A stretch of 64,000 nucleotides of DNA. Origin: an uncultured Ignavibacteria bacterium (GTDB lineage: Bacteria; Zixibacteria; MSB-5A5; SM1-73). The notes below the pieces were generated by a model. It was not told where the DNA came from, made no database searches, and saw only the letters and a program-made list of their open reading frames with translations. The stretch covers positions 12,145-76,144 of the forward strand of contig CAZPOP010000008.1 of assembly GCA_964588305.1 (NCBI GenBank). The letters are read 5' to 3'. A program made the position numbers and the translations under genes. Positions 36,669 through 45,927 of the stretch are shown one piece after another; within the stretch, counting starts at the first letter, position 1; each line of letters begins with the position of its first letter.

Positions 36669-37697
36669 ATGGGTTTTCTTGACTTGATCTCCAGCGACAT
36701 TGGAATAGACTTAGGAACTGCCAATACCTTGGTCTTTGTCAGGGGGCAGGGGATCGTGCTAAACGAACCCTCGGTAGTAACCATCGAGGTGGCTTCGAAA
36801 AAGGTCTTGGCCGTTGGGGCCGAAGCCAAGGAGATGCTGGGGAGAACCCCAGGGGAGATAATGTCGGTAAGACCTCTGAAGGACGGGGTTATAGCCGACT
36901 TTGAGATTACCGAAAGGCTCCTGTCGAATTTCATCCGTAGGGTGATCAGGCACCGATACCTGATGAAGCCCCGCATCGTGGTTTCCGTTCCTTCGGGGAT
37001 AACCGAGGTGGAAAAGAGGGCGGTGAGAGATTCTGCTGAAAATGCCGGGGCACGGGAGGTCTTTTTGATTCAGGAACCCATGGCCGCAGCCATTGGCGTG
37101 GGATTGCCGGTTCACCTTCCTTCTGGCACCATGGTCATCGACATAGGTGGAGGAACCTCGGAGATAGCGGTGATAGCTTTGAACGGCATCGTCAACAACA
37201 TCTCCATTCGCATCGGTGGGGATGAGATGGATGAGGCGGTGATGCTTTATCTGAAGAAGAACTACAACCTTCTGATCGGGGAGAGGACGGCAGAAGAGAT
37301 CAAAATGAAAATCGGCTCCGCCTATCCCATGGATGAGGAGGAAAGCATGGAGATAAAAGGGAGGGATCTGGTGGCGGGAATTCCTAAGACCATGAAGATA
37401 AGTTCGGTACAAGTCAGGGAGGCTCTAAGCGAACCGGTGGATTCCATCATCGAGGCGGCAAGGCAGGCCTTGGAGGAAACACCGCCCGAGCTGGCAGCGG
37501 ATATTCTGGACAAGGGAATAGTCGTCACCGGGGGTGGAGCGCTTCTGAAAGGAATGGATAAAAGGCTAAGAGAGGAAACCAACTTAGCCATAAACATTGC
37601 AGAAGATCCTCTAACCTGCGTGGTCAGAGGAACGGGAAAGGTTCTGGAAGAGATGACCCGTTTCTCGAAGGTCCTGACAAGAAGCAGAAGAGATTGA
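36669..37697 (+). CDS. mreB: Rod shape-determining protein MreB
   Basis: [27 protein letters not shown] and TGGGALL motifs. Confidence 0.97.
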   Translation: MGFLDLISSDIGIDLGTANTLVFVRGQGIVLNEPSVVTIEVASKKVLAVGAEAKEMLGRTPGEIMSVRPLKDGVIADFEITERLLSNFIRRVIRHRYLMKPRIVVSVPSGITEVEKRAVRDSAENAGAREVFLIQEPMAAAIGVGLPVHLPSGTMVIDIGGGTSEIAVIALNGIVNNISIRIGGDEMDEAVMLYLKKNYNLLIGERTAEEIKMKIGSAYPMDEEESMEIKGRDLVAGIPKTMKISSVQVREALSEPVDSIIEAARQALEETPPELAADILDKGIVVTGGGALLKGMDKRLREETNLAINIAEDPLTCVVRGTGKVLEEMTRFSKVLTRSRRD

Positions 37698-37852
37698 ATT
37701 CCCGAATGCTTCACGCCTTTCGGGGAGTAAAAACAGATAAGCAAAAAGATCCTGCAGAGAGGGAGTATATTTGTTCTGAACCGAGTTTCTTTTTCTCTAT
37801 TTTCTGACGGCAAGAAAGAGTAGACGAAACAGTAAGACTTTTTGCTGAGAGT

Positions 37853-37891
37853 AAAACGCCAGTCTCCTTTACTGAAGAAGACTGGCGTTTT
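37853..37891. terminator. Bidirectional terminator between convergent mreB and the PorV-family gene
   Basis: AAAACGCCAGTCT...AGACTGGCGTTTT, 13-bp inverted repeat with A/T tails. Confidence 0.8.
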
Positions 37892-37918
37892 GTTTGCACG
37901 TATTTTTGACCGCTGACC

Positions 37919-38926
37919 TTAGAAGTTCATCACCAGGCTGAACCTATGGGCGTTTTCCAGCCTGCCCAGGTCTGCCCAGGCATAGTGGATTCCGACGGTT
38001 CCGAACTCGGGGATGTCGAAATCATAGCCGCCGCCTACTGCGATGCCTTCTTCATCGGTTCTTATCTTATATCCCGCTCTGACGGCCAGGCGATCCTGCC
38101 AGCTGTACTCAAGCCCCACGCTCCCCTGTTGGCCCCGATCCCGGGTGTTGTATCCGTCCAATACAGCCAGAAGCTTGCTGTCCTCGTTAAATTCAAAATC
38201 GTAAGCTGCCCCTAACCGGAAGGTTAAAGGCAGGGAATGGGATTGGGTGTTCAACCTTATCTCTACCGGAGAGGTCGTGGGATCATCATCCTGATCATAG
38301 GTGGTTTCCAGCTCGGTTCCCCCGTATTTCGAATCCGTGCCAAAGTTTCGGGTGGACATGGCTATTCTGAGCGTTCTGAAACCGGTGTAATAGATGGTGC
38401 CAACATCCACAGCGAAGGCTCCCGAGGAAAGCTCGGAGATCTTCTCTCTTATGTATTTGGCAGTCACCCCGAAGGAAAAGCGGTTGGTCAGCTGGTGAGC
38501 GTTGCTCACTCCCACCACCCAGCTGTTGGCGCCAAACATCTCTCCCGTTCCGTCAGGTTCTTCCAGAGTTGTCCTTTCCATGTCACCCATGGTCAAGACG
38601 GCCACATGAACTCCCGCGTTTCCAAAGCCCGGTAACGGTCTGGCGTATGCAAAGTAATTGTATTTGATGTCCGCAATCCAGTCGGTATAGCTGAAAGCGA
38701 CGCTGTTCTCATCCATGTCAGCTATGCCTGCGGGATTGTAATAGAGCGCCATGGCTCCCCGGGTTATGGCGGCATTGGCGCCGCCCAAAGCCACTACTCG
38801 AGCGTCCACGTCCAACTTGAGAAACTGCGCGCCAGACGTCCCCAGATTGTCGAACTCCGCAGCCGGGACCGAACCCGCAAAAGTCAGGATCGCTATCATC
38901 ACCGAAAGCACAAGGAATCTTTTCAT
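37919..38926 (-). CDS. PorV/PorQ (UPF0164)-family outer-membrane beta-barrel
   Basis: Signal peptide; GTSGAQFL...ARVVALG..A..YYNPAG N-terminal motif; amphipathic strands; C-terminal HRFSLVMNF. Confidence 0.88.
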   Translation of the reverse strand: MKRFLVLSVMIAILTFAGSVPAAEFDNLGTSGAQFLKLDVDARVVALGGANAAITRGAMALYYNPAGIADMDENSVAFSYTDWIADIKYNYFAYARPLPGFGNAGVHVAVLTMGDMERTTLEEPDGTGEMFGANSWVVGVSNAHQLTNRFSFGVTAKYIREKISELSSGAFAVDVGTIYYTGFRTLRIAMSTRNFGTDSKYGGTELETTYDQDDDPTTSPVEIRLNTQSHSLPLTFRLGAAYDFEFNEDSKLLAVLDGYNTRDRGQQGSVGLEYSWQDRLAVRAGYKIRTDEEGIAVGGGYDFDIPEFGTVGIHYAWADLGRLENAHRFSLVMNF

Positions 38927-38956
38927 TTCGATTTACCTCCTCTACTTTTTTGTCGA

Positions 38957-41900
38957 TTATCGCACCACCGCGAACTTCCCGATCTTCTCTCCGTATTCCG
39001 AGTCTACATGGTAGATATAGACCCCGGCTGCGATCTTCTGGCTGTTCTTGGTCAAAAGATCCCAATTCTCGTTTCCGTCAAATGTCGCGCTCTCATGCTC
39101 CAGAGTCTGGAGATGATCGCCGGAGAGAGTGTATATCCTTATGGTGCACTTGTCGGGAAGATGGGTGAAAGCGATGCGGGAATAATCGCGACTGGGCTCC
39201 CACATGTTTCGCACGATATAGGGATTGGGAACCACCTTGATATCATCAAGATCCACCAGATCGCTCGAAATCGTCGTCGCCTTGGTCGAGAAGGTGAAGA
39301 TGTCCGCTGAAGTATTGATTTTGTTGGTGAGAGCCCTCACTATTGTTCCAGCATCCGGTCGAGCCAACTCGCCCGAGTAGTCGTAGAACCAGAATCGCCC
39401 GTAATGCGTGCCGTCAGCGACATAGTCACCCGAGGTTATATCGGGAGTGGTCCAGGCCACGTCGTCATACGGGATGTCCAGGATGTAAAGACCGTCTCCC
39501 CAGGAGAAAGTGTTGCTGCCGTCGTCATCAATGATCATGAAGGTTATCCTCACGTCGTCTGACGGGTCATCCACTGTGCCAATTCCTATGTCCCAGAACT
39601 CAATCGGCACCTGGAATGGAGCGACGAATGAGTAGTCTCCTGCACCATACCAATCCCAACAGTACCCGGTGGCGTCCTGCACGAACCTGATCTCGTAATC
39701 GTGGGTGTTAGCACCGTGCCAGGAATATCTGCTGAAGGACGCGTCGCCGCCTGGGTCCATGTACCAATCCCTGGTTGAGTTCAGCGAGTAATTCAGGTTA
39801 TCAGGTGGATCCACGGGTCCAGCAGCGTTTTGCACTTCGGCCACTGACTTAACGCCCAAAGCAGGTCCTGCCACCCTGACCAGAAGCCCATCCACCACCG
39901 GGTAGTCGTCGTCTCCAGTTTGGTTGATCTGATCTTTCAACACAGTATCCTCCTCGGTCACGTCGATCAGATGCCAGATGGTGTAACCGTACGTGCTGTC
40001 GTCGAATATCACCTTATAATCGTGTCCGGTGACCTCCAGCGGGTTGACCACCTCTGCGGTTACGGACCCGTCACCCCCTCCTCCAGTGTGTTGTAGCTCG
40101 AGAACAGTGGCCGAGGAGAGGCCCGTAGCATTGGAACGCGGTGTCACCGTTATCCCTCTGATACCGTTTGCCAGGCTGCGAGGAGAGGCGAAGGGCTGAA
40201 AATCATAGGCGATGACATCGTAGTAATAGGTGACTCCGTTAATCAATCCAGTATCCAGATAAGCGTGTCCCAACCCTGGATTATCCCCTTCGGGTTCTTC
40301 TAAATGTCCGGTGATCTTGAATATCATGTCTTGCGTCGGAACATAGGAGGCATCATCTCCGGTGAAATTGATCACCATCCCGCCAACCAAGAGATTACAG
40401 CCGTCGAAATACTTGTCGTGGGTGCCATTGGCCACACCAGCCGAGTCACTCCGACTCCAGAAGTCCGCATCGAAGAGCTCAAATTCATAAGGCGGCTCTC
40501 CGGTAGAGTACCAGTGATCCTCTTCCTCAGTAACCGGAATGTTCACTCCTAGGGTCAGGTCGGTGACGGCGAATGAACTGTCAGATTTGATCTGCACCAG
40601 GTACTGATGACCTGCGAAGAGTGCCGTTCCGCCATAAGCCAGGATATACCCTTCGGTATTCAGCTGATCGTAGCTGACGGTGCCTTCAAACGGGAGGCCG
40701 GAGAGCTGCTCGACGTCCACATGGCGTGGCGTGACGCTGGATTTGTCCCAGGAGGCCAGAAGATCGAAGGTACCGGGGAGTCCCGATCTGCTTCGGTAGA
40801 GCTTATATCCCTCGAAATCCATCTCCAAATAATTGGGATCGTACAGTGGGTGCTCGGTGGAATCGGTGAACTTGAAATACGGATCCTGGGAAAGCTCCGC
40901 CACCTCGTCCCAGGTGATGTAGACCTTTTTGTCATCCGGAACGATCGTGACATTGGGATGATCCGGCGGCCGGGGTAGAACGAAGCCGATGTCGTAAATG
41001 GATTGAGCTATGTCTGCAATCACGGGAAGTTGTTCCGCATCCGGAGCCATCATAACCGCTACAACCACTCTTACCGTGTCCCCGGCGATCGTGTCCTCGC
41101 TGGCTATTTTCAGACTGTCGCCAGCTGGGTCCCAGGCCCAGACTGTGTCGATTAGAGTATCGCCAACGGGGGCCAGGAAGAATGGTCCGGTGCTTTGGAA
41201 GAATCTCTGGTCTTGCGGGGTGTCTCCGGTTCCCAGATCAAAGGGACCGTAAGCCTGGTCTCCCACGTCCGGATACTCGTGTCCTGCCATGATGATGTAC
41301 TTCTCGGGTTCGGTGTCGGGGTCGCCGGACTGCAGATTCGAGGTTTTAAACGAGGTCAGGCCCAGAGGTGATCCCTTCCTGACGTCCTTTACCCACACGT
41401 CATTCCACTCCACGGAATCGTCGTCGATCATATCATTCCCGTTAAAGTCCACATCATAGTTAGCCACCGGGCTTTCCAGAAACTTGTAGGCCAAATAACC
41501 CGGGATTCTGGCGAATCCCTGCTCGGCGAAGTCGGAGTCGTAAGCATAGCCCAGATTCCGGCTGGCATCGAATCCCACCTTATCGTCGTTGGCGGTTGGT
41601 CCCACGTCAGCGTCGCACATGATAGAAACATAGCAGTTTCTTATGGGTGCCCTATCCTCTCTTATGTTCACTATCTGGTAGACGAAGAAGTGGATGGTCT
41701 TATTGTTCTCATAGTTCCAGGAATGCGTGCGCTGGATGACCTTAACTCCCAAGCCATATTTGGCGATGTCGACTCCGTCTCCTGCATTGGAGTTCACACC
41801 GGTGTCCCATCTTTGAATGTCTTGATCATCGAATTCGCAATAGCTGTCCTCAATACCAAGTATGACCGAGTTTCCCTCATCGTCGCGCAGGGGCCAGAAA

Positions 41901-42424
41901 TCAGGATCGTCGTAATCCTCGGGATGGTCGCTGATGAATATATCGGTCAGTCCGGAGAACTCCTCCGCCCCTCCGCTGGGGTTGTACCCGATCACCACAC
42001 GGGGATCAGTTATGGTTCCGTAAAGAATGGTGTCCCTTTTGGTGCCCGCGTTTTTGAAATTGAAGGTCTGCATGGTGCGGTCGTTGACGGTTCCGCCTAC
42101 CCATATGCCGGCGCCGTAAATGTAGAACTCGTTAGAGCCCTTGGGCCATTCACCTCCGGCAGATCCCAGATCGATGAACTGCCCGAAGGGGGCATAGTTG
42201 GTTAAGGGTACTCTGAAATCGTTGACGTCCAGGCCATGCCTTATGTACTTGGTGGAGTGCTCGGTTTGCGCCGCCTTAGCTAAGGGTGGGGGAACTCCTT
42301 GACTGGCTCTTCGGGCCTCACTCTGTAAAGGTATCAGAATGAAGAGAAGGAGGCACAGGAGGGCAAACCCAGCCAACAGTGAACCTTTCTTTTTGAACTT
42401 CTCCATGTCAAATCTCCTTTTCAA
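38957..42424 (-). CDS. Large secreted protein with T9SS type-A-like C-terminal sorting domain
   Basis: Signal peptide; EWPKGS..YIYGAGIWVG, DADVG, FEGYKLYRS and NGVTYYY motifs; C-terminus IKVVPNPY...FTHLP..CTIRIYT..WDL...AGVYIY..K.GKFAVVR. Start may be the downstream ATG (MEKFKK). Confidence 0.85.
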   Translation of the reverse strand: MKRRFDMEKFKKKGSLLAGFALLCLLLFILIPLQSEARRASQGVPPPLAKAAQTEHSTKYIRHGLDVNDFRVPLTNYAPFGQFIDLGSAGGEWPKGSNEFYIYGAGIWVGGTVNDRTMQTFNFKNAGTKRDTILYGTITDPRVVIGYNPSGGAEEFSGLTDIFISDHPEDYDDPDFWPLRDDEGNSVILGIEDSYCEFDDQDIQRWDTGVNSNAGDGVDIAKYGLGVKVIQRTHSWNYENNKTIHFFVYQIVNIREDRAPIRNCYVSIMCDADVGPTANDDKVGFDASRNLGYAYDSDFAEQGFARIPGYLAYKFLESPVANYDVDFNGNDMIDDDSVEWNDVWVKDVRKGSPLGLTSFKTSNLQSGDPDTEPEKYIIMAGHEYPDVGDQAYGPFDLGTGDTPQDQRFFQSTGPFFLAPVGDTLIDTVWAWDPAGDSLKIASEDTIAGDTVRVVVAVMMAPDAEQLPVIADIAQSIYDIGFVLPRPPDHPNVTIVPDDKKVYITWDEVAELSQDPYFKFTDSTEHPLYDPNYLEMDFEGYKLYRSRSGLPGTFDLLASWDKSSVTPRHVDVEQLSGLPFEGTVSYDQLNTEGYILAYGGTALFAGHQYLVQIKSDSSFAVTDLTLGVNIPVTEEEDHWYSTGEPPYEFELFDADFWSRSDSAGVANGTHDKYFDGCNLLVGGMVINFTGDDASYVPTQDMIFKITGHLEEPEGDNPGLGHAYLDTGLINGVTYYYDVIAYDFQPFASPRSLANGIRGITVTPRSNATGLSSATVLELQHTGGGGDGSVTAEVVNPLEVTGHDYKVIFDDSTYGYTIWHLIDVTEEDTVLKDQINQTGDDDYPVVDGLLVRVAGPALGVKSVAEVQNAAGPVDPPDNLNYSLNSTRDWYMDPGGDASFSRYSWHGANTHDYEIRFVQDATGYCWDWYGAGDYSFVAPFQVPIEFWDIGIGTVDDPSDDVRITFMIIDDDGSNTFSWGDGLYILDIPYDDVAWTTPDITSGDYVADGTHYGRFWFYDYSGELARPDAGTIVRALTNKINTSADIFTFSTKATTISSDLVDLDDIKVVPNPYIVRNMWEPSRDYSRIAFTHLPDKCTIRIYTLSGDHLQTLEHESATFDGNENWDLLTKNSQKIAAGVYIYHVDSEYGEKIGKFAVVR

Positions 42425-42469
42425 GATTCATGCTTTGAATGAATTCTTGCCTCATAACTGAACCGAGCC

Positions 42470-45391
42470 TTAGAAAGCGAAGTAGACGCCCACGCTGATC
42501 TGTCGGGGAGGCCCATAGTTCATGGGATCCTTGGCGTAGAGCTTATAGGCATTGGCATACGCTGTGGCCTGCTCCTCCGCGCTGATCTCTCCGTCTCCGT
42601 CCGTATCCTTCTCCTTTATCCAATCCCAGTATTCGTGATCTTCGTCTTCTCCCGGGGCCTGTATGGTCGCTGGATCCAGGCTAAATCCATCATCGTCGGG
42701 CCGGCCCGTGGCAGGATAAACGTCGAAGACGTTAATCTTGTCAAACAGGTTGAACACCTGCACGAAGACGTTAATCTCCTTTCCCCAGATGTCAAAACTC
42801 TTGTCTACCGTCAGGTCCGTATTGTAGGTCCAAGGCTTACGGTACTCGTTGGGGGACCCTATTCGGTTGCCCCGATAGTCTCTCTTGGTGTAGGGGAGAC
42901 CACTGTTGGCCTCGGAGATGACGTTTACACCAAAGCCCCTCAAGGCCAACCACTTGAAGTCTCCTGGGAATCTGAAGTCCGCCTGTAACACGATGCTGTG
43001 CCTTCGGTCAAAGTCCAAGGCGTTGACGCTCTGCGGGAAAACCCGGGGCAAGCCGGTCACCGGGTCTGTGGCGTCACGAGAATGATACTCATATTGGTCA
43101 CGCGAATCGGAGTTGGTGCCCTGAGCGAATTGAAGAACGTAACTTAGGTCGAATGCCAAATACCTCCTGGGCCGCTTGGATAACGTCGCCTCCATGCCCT
43201 TGACGTTCGCGTAATCTAAGTTCTTATAGACATCATAAGGCTGGGGCACGATGAAGATCCTCTCGAACTGGGTCATGTTGTAGACGTCCTTATAGTACGC
43301 GGTAACGTTGAACTTCATATCGCGGGTTATCGCGCGAGTCAGGCCCAGCTCATACTGAATGTTCCTGCTGGCTTTCAACTCGGGATTCCCCACCTGCTGA
43401 TTGGCTCTTTGCAGGTTCGGAGCCAGGGACAGGTACAAGTCTCTGAAACGAGGCTCCTGAACAAAATGGCCGTAGTTGAAGAAGATGGTCATCTTGTCGG
43501 AAACAGGATGAGAGATTCCCAATCTGGGACTGAAGTCGATGTTAACGTCCGACTCGGCGGTTCGTCCGCTGTCAGGTTCTAAGTCGGGTCTGGTTGGAAC
43601 GTCCCTCTCGTTTTCCCAACCCTTTGCTTCCTTGCTCAGATAATCGACTCTTCCTCCGACATTGACTATGAGCCCCTGAAATTCGAGTTTGTCCTGGACA
43701 TAGAAGGCACCGCCTTTGGGCTTGAACTCATAGATGTCTATGAAAGGTTGAGCATCCCAGGGAAGGCTGTTGTAATGCCTGGTGATCTTGTAAGAGTTGA
43801 ATTCAGCTCCGGATTTGATCTGGTTGTTGAAGTCCACCTGGCTGACGATATCGAACTTAGCCGTGATGACGTTACTTTCTCTGGTCTCATAGGATCGGGT
43901 ATCGTAGTGCGACCAAAACAGATTGTCCACGGCCAAAGGATAGTTCTGTTCCTGCCTCCGCTCCCGGTATCTCCGCCACTCACTCGTATCAGGCGTAGGT
44001 TCACAGAATTCGTAGTCCGTCCACCAATCGCCGTCCCAGATATCGCCCTCGTGTTCAGCAATGAAGGCTTCCGCCGCTTCCGGGTCGTCCGGGTACAGGT
44101 CATTAGCGGTGCGCTCCAAGAAGTTTCTGTCCAGGCGTCTGCCTATGGTGTAGTCGTTGCTGAAGTATCCGAGCTTGGCCTCGTAAAACGTGCTTTTGGA
44201 GACTGAGTGGGTTAACCACAGATAGACCTGTTTGGCCTTTTCCAGGGTGGCGTTGTAGCTTTCCAGGTTGTACAGCCAGGTGTGGTTATACCTTTCATAT
44301 TGTCTTCGGTTAACGAAGCCACCGCTGCGCAAGGTGATGGCCGGGGTGAGTTTGAAAGTTAGCTTGCCCTGAGTTCGGTAGGTCTGCTGCTGGTGGTGAG
44401 GAAGTTTGTGGACTCGGGGGCCCCAATCGTCAGTCAGATACAGATTGCCGCTGAAATAATAGCCGAGCTTGCCGCTGGTGCCGGGCACAGGACCATTCAA
44501 GCTTAAGAAATGCTCGTTGGTCCCGAGATCATAATCGTCCCCCAGAATGGCATCGGTGGAATACTGGTATTTTCCGGAGAGCTTTGGCCCACCTTCCTGG
44601 GTGACGTAATTGATGATGCCGGACATGGCGTTGCCGTATTCCGCATTGAACCCGCTGGTGATCAGCTGAACCTCGGAGATGGTAAAATGATTCAGATTGG
44701 TGGCTTGACCCGCCAGGATGGGATCGGTGATGGACAACCCGTCGACCATGTATACCACCTCCTGCGGACGCCCACCTCTCAAGGTTATCCCCGGATTGGC
44801 TGTGTCGGTCACCCGGTCCCCTTCATTACCCAGCACGGTTCCCTGGGTTCCCTGATTGATGGGGCCACCGATGGGGTCGAACACCACTCCGGGAGTGCGG
44901 TAGACGATCCCGTCCGTATTTATCACCGGACGGTGGACTAAGTCTGCAGAGGTGATTATGTGTGCCGTGGAAGTCAAATCCGGTTCGAAGATAGGTCTCT
45001 CCGCAGTTACGGTGATGCCTCCCACCTCCAGCGGCTGGGGTGTCAGCTCGAAATCGATGGTGGTGGTCAAATCCAGCGACACCGAAACCTGGTCAATGTC
45101 CACCGAAGTGTAACCGATAAGAGAGACCTTCAGCGTGTAGACTCCTGGAACCACATTCAGGATAAAATACTCGCCCTTTTCATTTGCAGCCGCTCCCATG
45201 GTGGTTCCCACGATTGTCACTGCCACCCCGGGGAGCCGCTCGCCGGTATCTTTGTCTTTTATTATTCCTGCTATCTTCCCCGTGGTTCCAGCCCAAACTT
45301 CGTCTCTGTCCTGTACCAAGAGAAGAGTCGACAGAAGGAAGAAAGACAAAACCAACACCGGTATCGATATGCGAATCACTTTCTTGTTCAC
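42470..45391 (-). CDS. TonB-dependent receptor with N-terminal carboxypeptidase-regulatory-like domain
   Basis: GTTGKIAG..D.TGE.LPG, plug motifs LRGGR..E..YMVDG and GFNAEYGNAMSGIIN, FSPRLG, and C-terminal PRQISVGVYFAF. Confidence 0.93.
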   Translation of the reverse strand: MNKKVIRISIPVLVLSFFLLSTLLLVQDRDEVWAGTTGKIAGIIKDKDTGERLPGVAVTIVGTTMGAAANEKGEYFILNVVPGVYTLKVSLIGYTSVDIDQVSVSLDLTTTIDFELTPQPLEVGGITVTAERPIFEPDLTSTAHIITSADLVHRPVINTDGIVYRTPGVVFDPIGGPINQGTQGTVLGNEGDRVTDTANPGITLRGGRPQEVVYMVDGLSITDPILAGQATNLNHFTISEVQLITSGFNAEYGNAMSGIINYVTQEGGPKLSGKYQYSTDAILGDDYDLGTNEHFLSLNGPVPGTSGKLGYYFSGNLYLTDDWGPRVHKLPHHQQQTYRTQGKLTFKLTPAITLRSGGFVNRRQYERYNHTWLYNLESYNATLEKAKQVYLWLTHSVSKSTFYEAKLGYFSNDYTIGRRLDRNFLERTANDLYPDDPEAAEAFIAEHEGDIWDGDWWTDYEFCEPTPDTSEWRRYRERRQEQNYPLAVDNLFWSHYDTRSYETRESNVITAKFDIVSQVDFNNQIKSGAEFNSYKITRHYNSLPWDAQPFIDIYEFKPKGGAFYVQDKLEFQGLIVNVGGRVDYLSKEAKGWENERDVPTRPDLEPDSGRTAESDVNIDFSPRLGISHPVSDKMTIFFNYGHFVQEPRFRDLYLSLAPNLQRANQQVGNPELKASRNIQYELGLTRAITRDMKFNVTAYYKDVYNMTQFERIFIVPQPYDVYKNLDYANVKGMEATLSKRPRRYLAFDLSYVLQFAQGTNSDSRDQYEYHSRDATDPVTGLPRVFPQSVNALDFDRRHSIVLQADFRFPGDFKWLALRGFGVNVISEANSGLPYTKRDYRGNRIGSPNEYRKPWTYNTDLTVDKSFDIWGKEINVFVQVFNLFDKINVFDVYPATGRPDDDGFSLDPATIQAPGEDEDHEYWDWIKEKDTDGDGEISAEEQATAYANAYKLYAKDPMNYGPPRQISVGVYFAF

Positions 45392-45828
45392 CGCTATTTC
45401 CTCCTTAGAAATAGAAGTTTCACTTTCCTTAGTTCACAAAAAGAACTTATCAAAATGATTTGTAATACATCACCTCCTTTGGAACGATAAGCATGTTTGT
45501 CAGCAACTTGGTATGGTTGAGAACAGACCTCTTAATTTGTGCTCATCCTGAGTCTTGATGCAAGTGGGTATCAGAATCTGCCCGAATATGAGGTGCCCAT
45601 ATCGGAATCGCTGGGAAGATCATCCAGTCAAAGCAGAATTTCCCGTTTTTTCGTTTGTCGATCACATCGAGAACCTCCGTCTTTATCGTAACACAGAGAT
45701 TCCCTTAATAATGTATCGTCAAAGTTTGCAGTTCCGACAGCGGATTTTTTAGCTTAGAATGAAAACAAGCAGGGTGAAAATCCCATTTCCTGATGACATC
45801 GACTGCACTCTTTTTGCTGTCAGGCTGA

Positions 45829-45857
45829 AATTTAAACGCCCCGATTTTCAGTGTCAA
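45829..45857 (-). promoter_or_regulatory. Sigma-70-like promoter of the TonB receptor operon
   Basis: Minus strand TTGACA-N17-TAAATT, about 430 nt upstream of the start codon. Confidence 0.6.
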
Positions 45858-45927
45858 GCAAAAAGTGAAGTTTTTTGTTCCTTTTTTACCTTTGCCGGAT
45901 CTTGCCTCGCCTGACCGTTGGAACGAA

